IMG/VR virus record: IMGVR_UViG_3300020051_000004
DNA: 64,000 bases
DNA from: a virus
Direction: 5' to 3' (one strand)
In this document: piece after piece, positions 57,771-64,000 of the stretch
Layout of the letters: each line of letters starts with the position of its first letter
How positions within the stretch are numbered: position 1 is the first letter of the stretch
Notes under the pieces: generated by a model
Seen by the model: the letters and a program-made list of their open reading frames with translations, nothing else
What the model was told of the DNA's origin: nothing
Databases searched by the model: none
Translations under genes and position numbers: made by a program

Positions 57771-57935
57771 TTCCTATTAAGGAAGTTGGCTTAGAAGCAG
57801 CCATCTTTTAAAGAGTAATGATCTAAACTGGTCGGAGTGTTCCTGTTACCTAGTACAACATAGAATAACGGCAAATAGCTCTTCTGTTTCTCATGTACGA
57901 GTTCAGGTTTTGGCGTAACAGCACACTTTTTGGGA
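57771..57935 (+). ncRNA. 23S rRNA GTPase-associated-centre (H42-H44) mimic RNA with internal insertion
   Basis: AGGAAGTTGGCTTAGAAGCAGCCATCTTTTAAAGAG (57780-57815) and GCGTAACAGCACACT (57913-57927) match the L11-binding domain; closed by its own stem 57772-57781/57926-57935. Confidence 0.8.
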
Positions 57936-57954
57936 TCATTTTTTAAAAAAAATA

Positions 57955-58021
57955 GGCGGCGCTTGATTATGGCACCTTGAATGAGGTTCTTTAAAATAAC
58001 AGCGAGTTAACCCGCCAACCA
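57955..58021 (+). ncRNA. Putative small RNA with acceptor-like stem and 3' CCA
   Basis: GGCGG...CCGCC-AACCA followed by CTT, like the neighbouring tRNA. Body folds as a long hairpin, not a cloverleaf. Confidence 0.35.
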
Positions 58022-58030
58022 CTTTCTACC

Positions 58031-59119
58031 ATGCAGTATATTCTCGAAACTCCAATCAACAGCCTCTCCTTGGGGCAAATTGGCTTCAACCTCCTCAAAG
58101 CTTCTTTTGAAGCGGGCCATGATGTTGCCTTATTCCCTATTTCAGGAGACAGCAACAAACCTCTAGAGGCTGACTTTTCTGCTTATGAAGTAGAAGAAAG
58201 TTTCGGGAATTACATTCGAGAAGCAGTCTCAAAAAGATACTCGTTCTTGGAAAAAGACGCTCCCGCAATTAGAAACTGGCACTTGAACGGCAGCGATTTG
58301 TTGAGAACAAACAACCAAGTGTTGTTAACTTTCCATGAGACGAATTATGCTACACCAGTAGAAGTCTCTATCGCTAACCTCCAAAAGAAAACTCTTTTTT
58401 GCGGCAATTTTTCCGAGAAAGTTTTTAAAAATTTTGGGGCCGAAAATGTTGGGTCGTTCAATGTAGGATTTGATTCTTCGTTTAAGCATGAAGGAAAAAC
58501 AATTCGCGCCTCTGATGTTTCTTTTTTACTTGGCGGCAAATTTGAATCGCGCAAGTTCACCAAGAGACTTTTAAATCTTTGGGCAAAAAAATTTGGCAAC
58601 AATAAGAAATATTCTTTGAATTGCCTGATCTTTAATCCATTTTTCTCTCCTGATGATAATTCTAAGCTCATCAATGATGCTCTAGAGGGAAAGAGATATT
58701 GGAACATTAATTTTTTGCCGCGTTTAAGAACAAATAAAGAAGTTGCGGCGCTTTTGGCTGCTTGTGATGTTGATTTGAGCGCGTTTGGCGGAGAGAGTTG
58801 GGGTATGGACGCATTTAACATGACATGCCTAGGTAAATGGGCCGTTTCTAACGTTTCTTGGGGCCAAGCAGCATGGGCAGATGAAGCTAATTCAGTAACA
58901 GTGTCCACTGATAAACTGCGGCCCGCTCCAGATGGGGCGTTTTTCCATCCAAACGGAGATTTTAATCAAGGTTATTTCCCAGAACTTTCGGATGAACAAA
59001 TCATTGACGCTCTTGAGAGAGTTGAAGCTAAGGCTGGAACTGTTAATGAGAATGGGTTGCAATTAGCAGAACGGATGACTTATTCAAAAACGTTGGAGCA
59101 AATTTTGTCTAATTTCTAA
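58031..59119 (+). CDS. Glycosyltransferase, GT-B/GT4-like
   Basis: FHET, GKFESRK, LNCLIFNPF and GESWGMDAFN..CLGK (E-x7 motif variant). Confidence 0.75.
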   Translation: MQYILETPINSLSLGQIGFNLLKASFEAGHDVALFPISGDSNKPLEADFSAYEVEESFGNYIREAVSKRYSFLEKDAPAIRNWHLNGSDLLRTNNQVLLTFHETNYATPVEVSIANLQKKTLFCGNFSEKVFKNFGAENVGSFNVGFDSSFKHEGKTIRASDVSFLLGGKFESRKFTKRLLNLWAKKFGNNKKYSLNCLIFNPFFSPDDNSKLINDALEGKRYWNINFLPRLRTNKEVAALLAACDVDLSAFGGESWGMDAFNMTCLGKWAVSNVSWGQAAWADEANSVTVSTDKLRPAPDGAFFHPNGDFNQGYFPELSDEQIIDALERVEAKAGTVNENGLQLAERMTYSKTLEQILSNF

Positions 59120-59124
59120 AAGAC

Positions 59125-59343
59125 ATGTTAAACTGGCAAAAAGATTACGACGATTCGTGGAATACTTCTTGGCGGGCCGAAAGCAAGCGGCTCGCCTTTT
59201 GGCGTTTAAGTCAAAAACTAGAGAGCGACCAAATCTGGTGGTATGAATCTCACGACCCCGAATTAGCCGATGATTGTCCATGTGAATGGGACAACCTCGC
59301 TGACGCAAAAGAATACATCCAAGAACAAGAAGACTCCCTCTAA
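59125..59343 (+). CDS. Hypothetical protein
   Basis: 72 aa acidic, Trp-rich ORF. Confidence 0.55.
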   Translation: MLNWQKDYDDSWNTSWRAESKRLAFWRLSQKLESDQIWWYESHDPELADDCPCEWDNLADAKEYIQEQEDSL

Positions 59344-59741
59344 TGGCATTATACGATTTTGAACATATCCGAACTGGCGAGATACAAACCGTCTTTTTCC
59401 GCATGAATGACGAGAAAATTTATTGCGGCCCAAATAATGATCAAAAAGGAGAATGGCGCAGAATTTTCACTGTTCCAAATGCTGCTATTGATTGTAAAAT
59501 TGATCCATATTCTAAAACCGAGTTTGTTGAGAAGACGCGCAATAAAAAAGGCAGCGTTGGAGACTTGATGGATGAAAGTGCCCGACTCTCAAAAATCCGC
59601 GCCGAAAAAAATGGCCAAGACCCTATTAAAGAAGGCTTCCTAAAGAAGTATAAAAAGGACACTGGTAAAGACTACAAATCCTTGGATAAGAATAAAACCA
59701 TTGAAGGTAAGGGTTTCAAGGTTGATTTTGGGGCAAGTTAA
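59343..59741 (+). CDS. FmdB-like regulatory protein (degenerate Zn ribbon)
   Basis: M.LYDFEH..TGE...VF..MND...W.RIF..P N-terminus. Confidence 0.5.
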   Translation: MALYDFEHIRTGEIQTVFFRMNDEKIYCGPNNDQKGEWRRIFTVPNAAIDCKIDPYSKTEFVEKTRNKKGSVGDLMDESARLSKIRAEKNGQDPIKEGFLKKYKKDTGKDYKSLDKNKTIEGKGFKVDFGAS

Positions 59742-60591
59742 GCTCTTTCTCCCAAGCAGATAGTTCAATTTTGCCGCAGTAATCCGAGAAGTGATTTCTC
59801 ACGGGATCAGCGTCTAATCCTAGTTCGTGAAATCCAATCAGGTAATTCTGATATTTGTTCTTGACCGACATTGGATATGGAATTTTATCTGGCCGCGAAA
59901 AACGATGATTCCATCTAAGAAAAGGGGCGCATAAAACTTTTTTGCCCGCTTGTCTATATTTTTCTGCAATGTAGAACTCTTCGCAGCCAAAACCCTTGAA
60001 TTTTTTAGAAAACCCTATCCAAGAATTCTTGCGGCAAGAAAATAATCCGAGTCCCTGCATGGGAATCTCAAAAGGTTCAGCGGCGGAATCTTTTCCCCTA
60101 TCATCGCAATCCCATTTTCCAAACATTTGAGTTCCCCATTCTGGTTTAAAATGAGTGGCGATATTCTTTAAATCGTCATATAAAAGCGGCCCTTGGATTA
60201 GGTTCCCGCTGTCCTCTCCACGGTCATAAAAGGAAATGAGTTTTTTTAAAGCGCCGCTTTCAATTAAGACGTGGCAATCCATGCACAAAACCGCTTCCGC
60301 ATTAGACTCTGAGAAAACTTTTTCGCGGGAAGATGTTCCAGTCACTTCCTCATAAGGAACATACTTAATTGGCTCTTTTATCCACTTACAAAATTCTTTT
60401 ACAGCTTTTCCGTGCTCTGATCTTGGGTTATTATCAATAATGACAAACTCAACGTCACTCAACACCTCACTGTGGAACATTCGTATCGCTTGAATGGAGA
60501 AATACACACCATGGAAGTCATCAAACGTGCTCATTCCAATGGTTAGTTTCTTAGGTGTAGAAATTTTAGCAATCACAATTATACTAACCAA
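59716..60591 (-). CDS. Glycosyltransferase family 2
   Basis: LTIGM.TFDD, VIIDN, CMDCH (DxH), GLGLF and F.GFGCEE. Confidence 0.82.
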   Translation of the reverse strand: MVSIIVIAKISTPKKLTIGMSTFDDFHGVYFSIQAIRMFHSEVLSDVEFVIIDNNPRSEHGKAVKEFCKWIKEPIKYVPYEEVTGTSSREKVFSESNAEAVLCMDCHVLIESGALKKLISFYDRGEDSGNLIQGPLLYDDLKNIATHFKPEWGTQMFGKWDCDDRGKDSAAEPFEIPMQGLGLFSCRKNSWIGFSKKFKGFGCEEFYIAEKYRQAGKKVLCAPFLRWNHRFSRPDKIPYPMSVKNKYQNYLIGFHELGLDADPVRNHFSDYCGKIELSAWEKELNLPQNQP

Positions 60592-61127
60592 TTTAATTGG
60601 CCGCTTTTAGATAATTTGTCGATTATCTTTTTTTCTTCTTCTGGTTGATGTAGGGAACCTCTTATAGCGTTGTCTCCAAAATGATGACGCTCTCTATTCT
60701 CCCACCAATCAAATCCAGTGATAAAAACTGATTCGCGGCTCTTTAAATAATACCAAATGGCTAAAAGACCCGTAGAAAAACCATAATACTTTGTGCCGCC
60801 GAACTGTTGAAGCTCAAAAATCCATTGTTCTTGGCTTTTGAATATTTTTTTGGCCGAAATTATTGGAGAAAAACGCTGCCACAATTTATCTTTTTGCGGT
60901 GAAAATTGCCATGAATGAAGGCAAACCTCTGTATAATCCTTCGATAACAAAGGATGATGGGGCTGAACAAAAGAAACCGTGTTCCACCAATGAGTAGTTT
61001 TTTCGCCTGTAAAAGGTTCAAAACCCTTAATCTTGTAGTCGTTAAACCTAACAATAGATTTAAACGAGTCTATCTTAGTTCCCAGTTTTTTGTCCAGAAT
61101 AGAAGGGCCATTTCCAACGATGATCAC
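60579..61127 (-). CDS. GT29 (sialyltransferase-like) protein
   Basis: Sialylmotif L-like IIVGNGPS.....G..IDS...VRFN....F....G.KT, motif S-like STGL.AI...V.ITGFD and VS-like H....E. Confidence 0.75.
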   Translation of the reverse strand: MIIVGNGPSILDKKLGTKIDSFKSIVRFNDYKIKGFEPFTGEKTTHWWNTVSFVQPHHPLLSKDYTEVCLHSWQFSPQKDKLWQRFSPIISAKKIFKSQEQWIFELQQFGGTKYYGFSTGLLAIWYYLKSRESVFITGFDWWENRERHHFGDNAIRGSLHQPEEEKKIIDKLSKSGQLNWLV

Positions 61128-61161
61128 CCTTATATTAAACTATCTATCCTTTTCAACTAGA

Positions 61162-61755
61162 TTAAGGAGCCTCAATATCCCAGAACCTCCAACCACCGCT
61201 AGAAGGAGCATATGCTACAAGCGACCCATTGATCACAACATTATCGGAGTCGCCTGTTCCAGGGTTTGGGGTCCAATTTGTTCCATTGAAAATATAATTT
61301 GACCCTTCAAAATCTACTAATGCGTTGGCTGGCGTCGGAGAAGAAGAGTAAAATAGTGTTCCCAATGTCCATTCTCCTTCTGGAGAAGTCAAGTTGGCGT
61401 TATTTGACTGAGGAATTTCAATGTAAGGAACAGACTCACTGGGGTTTGAGTAATCAGAATAATTCCCAACCAAAGAAGATTTGACCCAATAAACGTAATT
61501 AATTCCAGGCTGAACGTCGTAATCCACATAAGAAGTTTCAGTTAACTCATTTACTATGTTAACTTCTTCCGAGTGAGAGTCTGTGGTGCTGCGATAAATT
61601 GAAAAACTATCGTCAGAAGCGCCGCTCCAAGTTAAAAGAACTTCAAGATGCCCCGCTGTTGATTGTAAATTAGTTGGCGTTGTTGGAGTCATTGTTGATG
61701 GAGAATTAATTTTATATTTTTGATGTGGTATTCTGAGTCTTAATCCTATGATCAT
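61162..61755 (-). CDS. Fibronectin type III domain protein, probably virion-associated
   Basis: PTTPTNL...LTWS...IYRS...SYVD.DV.PG.NY.YWV...S..S. Confidence 0.7.
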   Translation of the reverse strand: MIIGLRLRIPHQKYKINSPSTMTPTTPTNLQSTAGHLEVLLTWSGASDDSFSIYRSTTDSHSEEVNIVNELTETSYVDYDVQPGINYVYWVKSSLVGNYSDYSNPSESVPYIEIPQSNNANLTSPEGEWTLGTLFYSSSPTPANALVDFEGSNYIFNGTNWTPNPGTGDSDNVVINGSLVAYAPSSGGWRFWDIEAP

Positions 61756-61759
61756 TTTA

Positions 61760-62029
61760 TTAAATTTGTTTAACAGCCTGACAAATACCAGAAGAAAGTC
61801 TAAAAGATGTGACGTTTCCTAAAAAACTACTTGGCGCAGCAAAATTAATTCCAACAATAGAAGAAAGATTAGTGACGCCAGAACCAGAAACAGCGGCCAA
61901 AGAAAATCCGCTTGCGCCCAAAGTATTCAATGCGCCGAAATTGCCATTATACCAACCCGTTCCTGTCGCAATTACGCTTCCCCATGTTGCTAGAGATGTA
62001 CCAAGTAGGGAATAAGTCGAAGAGTCCAT
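61760..62029 (-). CDS. Small S/G/T-rich protein, probably virion-associated
   Basis: 89 aa, GTGTAA motif 9 nt upstream. Confidence 0.6.
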   Translation of the reverse strand: MDSSTYSLLGTSLATWGSVIATGTGWYNGNFGALNTLGASGFSLAAVSGSGVTNLSSIVGINFAAPSSFLGNVTSFRLSSGICQAVKQI

Positions 62030-62128
62030 ATCTTTCTTTTACACCTTTCAATGGGGAAAATAAAAGAAAAAGAGAAAAAAGAATGACCCGAAAAGTTTTC
62101 ATGTTAAATAGTAACGATTTTTAGAGAT

Positions 62129-62647
62129 TTGAGTAATATAAGGGAAGCAATTAGCCTTATTTACACAGTGAACTATCCCATCTACAAAGGAAATAAAAAA
62201 AATACTGGAAACTGCGCAAGTTTTCAACTTTCAAACGATAAAAAGTCCTTTTGGATTAAAGCTGTAAACCAGTTTTCGTGGGACGAAAGCAAGCCAGGAC
62301 AAAATAAAGCTTCTTTCAAGGAAAATGCTCGGAATCCAGATAAGTCTATTTCGGTCAAGGTTAATCCTACGGAGCTTGGAGGAATTATTTTTGCATTGGA
62401 TAATTGGGAGCCATGGGAAACAGTTCATAAATACGAAAAGAATGGTCAAAATTTCACTACAAGCATTAAAATCGGAGTTTGGAATCGCCCTGACAATCCA
62501 AAAGGTAACGCAATGTCTTTGTCCATCACACAAGGAGAGAAGAAATTTGGAGTAGCCCTTGAAAAAGGAGAATTGAAAGTTGTTAAAATTATGATGGAGT
62601 CGGCAGTTGTAGAAATGCTTAAATCTGGATGGGTTGAAGAGGAATAA
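62129..62647 (+). CDS. Hypothetical protein, possible ssDNA-binding (PC4/Whirly-like) fold
   Basis: Repeated beta-beta-beta-beta-alpha pattern (..ELGGII / ..GELKVV). Start uncertain. Confidence 0.45.
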   Translation: MSNIREAISLIYTVNYPIYKGNKKNTGNCASFQLSNDKKSFWIKAVNQFSWDESKPGQNKASFKENARNPDKSISVKVNPTELGGIIFALDNWEPWETVHKYEKNGQNFTTSIKIGVWNRPDNPKGNAMSLSITQGEKKFGVALEKGELKVVKIMMESAVVEMLKSGWVEEE

Positions 62648-63516
62648 TGGCCGTGGAAGACAAATTAAGGTCTATAACTTTTGGTATAGCTAATGCCTAT
62701 AAACATCGTGGTGGGATTTACCAGTTAAAAAGCAAGCATAATGGTAAATTTTATATTGGCTCTGCCGCGTCTTTCTATAATAGGCTACACACGCACTCTC
62801 ATCACTTGAGGGAGGAAACCCATTTTAACGATCATTTAATTGCCCATAAAAATAAATATGGAATTGAAGATTTAGTTATGGAGGTTCTTGAATTTGTGGA
62901 TAACACGAATGAAAATTTGATTCGCCGCGAACAATGGTGGTTAGATAATACTGATTGTTTAAATAGAGAGGTTGGCTTTAATAAATGTCCCACGGCACAG
63001 TCTCAGTTGAATCGCGAGATGCCAGACACACATCGTCAAAAAGTAGGCAATCGGTCAATTGGCAATAAATATTGCGTGGGAAGAAAAGCGTCCGAGGAGA
63101 CGAAATTAAAAATTAGTAAAATTCAGGGATTGCCTATTGCTAGGTATAATTGGGATGGAACTCTTATGAGCGTTTATGAAACACCAATGCTTCTTAGAAA
63201 AGCTGGACATTGTGCGGAGAGTGTCCGAAAAGCTTGTAAGGGTATCGCAAATTACAAAAAATCTCTCTGGAGAGTTATTTTGCCAGATCAAGAAATTCGA
63301 GATTTAACGCCCGAAGAGATTAATAACCCAATTTTTAAAGTAAAAAAGAAAAGAATTAATCATTTAGTAGGGGGTCAATTAATAGGTTTATATTCGACAG
63401 TGAAAGAGGCCGCTAAATCCACAGGAATTCCTCATCATAAAATCAGAACCTTATGCAACGGAGAAAGAAAATCATTTAATGAAGTTGATTTTAAATACGA
63501 ATTTTTTTATGAGTAA
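62647..63516 (+). CDS. GIY-YIG homing endonuclease with NUMOD3/NUMOD1 modules
   Basis: GIYQL....GKFYIGSA...R...H...REQWWLD...GFN; SEETKLKIS; YSTVKEAAK.TG. Confidence 0.92.
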   Translation: MAVEDKLRSITFGIANAYKHRGGIYQLKSKHNGKFYIGSAASFYNRLHTHSHHLREETHFNDHLIAHKNKYGIEDLVMEVLEFVDNTNENLIRREQWWLDNTDCLNREVGFNKCPTAQSQLNREMPDTHRQKVGNRSIGNKYCVGRKASEETKLKISKIQGLPIARYNWDGTLMSVYETPMLLRKAGHCAESVRKACKGIANYKKSLWRVILPDQEIRDLTPEEINNPIFKVKKKRINHLVGGQLIGLYSTVKEAAKSTGIPHHKIRTLCNGERKSFNEVDFKYEFFYE

Positions 63517-64000
63517 AAAAACAATTTTAATTCATAGTAATTTTAGCAAGCTGTTTACAGGATTTGGCCGTACATCGCGGACCATTCTTCGCTATTTGTA
63601 TAAAACTGGTAAATACAATCTTGTGGAGGCGGCAAATGGGTTAAGTTTTGATTCTCCAGAATGCCAAAAACAGCCGTGGCCATGCCATGGAACCGCTCCA
63701 ACGCAGGAGCAGCAATCTCAAATTAACAGTGACCCCAATCAGCGCGATCATTGGAATAGGGCGGCTGGATATGGATATTTTGGTATTGATAAAATCGTAG
63801 AGCAATACAAGCCAAATGCGGTTCTATGTATGGAGGATTATTGGGCATTCTTTGGGTTTGAAAAGAAGCCTTGGTTTAAAAAAACTAACCCTATACTTTG
63901 GACCACGGCAGATTCAACACCACTTCAAAGTGAGTTTGTTGATATGGCGACTCATTATGATAATATTTATTGCTGGGCATCATTTGCAGAAAAAGAGTTT
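63509..64000 (+). CDS. Glycosyltransferase (GT4-like), N-terminal part, runs off window
   Basis: ATG 63509 gives MSKKTILIHSNFSKLFTGFGR...KPNAVLCMEDYW...WTTADS.P; frame open to the window end. Confidence 0.65.
   Translation, partial: MSKKTILIHSNFSKLFTGFGRTSRTILRYLYKTGKYNLVEAANGLSFDSPECQKQPWPCHGTAPTQEQQSQINSDPNQRDHWNRAAGYGYFGIDKIVEQYKPNAVLCMEDYWAFFGFEKKPWFKKTNPILWTTADSTPLQSEFVDMATHYDNIYCWASFAEKEF

Noticed and set aside
57771-57935. rRNA gene or host contamination
   Set aside because: Only about 50 nt match 23S, split by an insert and flanked by phage genes. No other rRNA sequence is present.
1-64000. Stop-codon reassignment
   Set aside because: Genes tile densely under the standard code, all three stops are used, and the fragmented genes are explained by an intein or an IS.

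Overview
A 64 kb stretch of a large, AT-rich tailed dsDNA phage genome. The standard genetic code fits. No capsid, terminase or integrase lies in the window, and the host cannot be assigned from it. Layout: (1) 1-1.5 kb, end of a cytosine methyltransferase and an HNH endonuclease. (2) 1.6-20.6 kb, long-tail morphogenesis module split into two divergent arms around a ~500 nt structured non-coding region: leftward RNase H, neck and tube genes; rightward chaperones, a 2252 aa tape measure, tip proteins and a fibre. (3) 20.6-53 kb, minus-strand replication and metabolism block: Clp ATPase, a DnaE broken into three genes with a split intein straddling an antisense HNH gene, DEDDh exonuclease, Mom-like enzyme, primase, DnaB, RecA-like protein, GDP-mannose dehydratase, glycosyltransferases, an FkbM gene interrupted by a TnpB-only IS, and NrdAB. 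(4) A branched palindromic element at the strand switch (53.3 kb). (5) Plus-strand nucleotide-metabolism, sigma factor and SSB genes, a tRNA(CAT), a small-RNA cluster and more glycosyltransferases. The most striking observation is a stand-alone ~165 nt RNA at 57.77-57.94 kb that reproduces the 23S rRNA GTPase-associated centre (H42-H44, L11/thiostrepton site) with a 97 nt structured insertion. All calls are by eye from motifs; no searches or folding were run.
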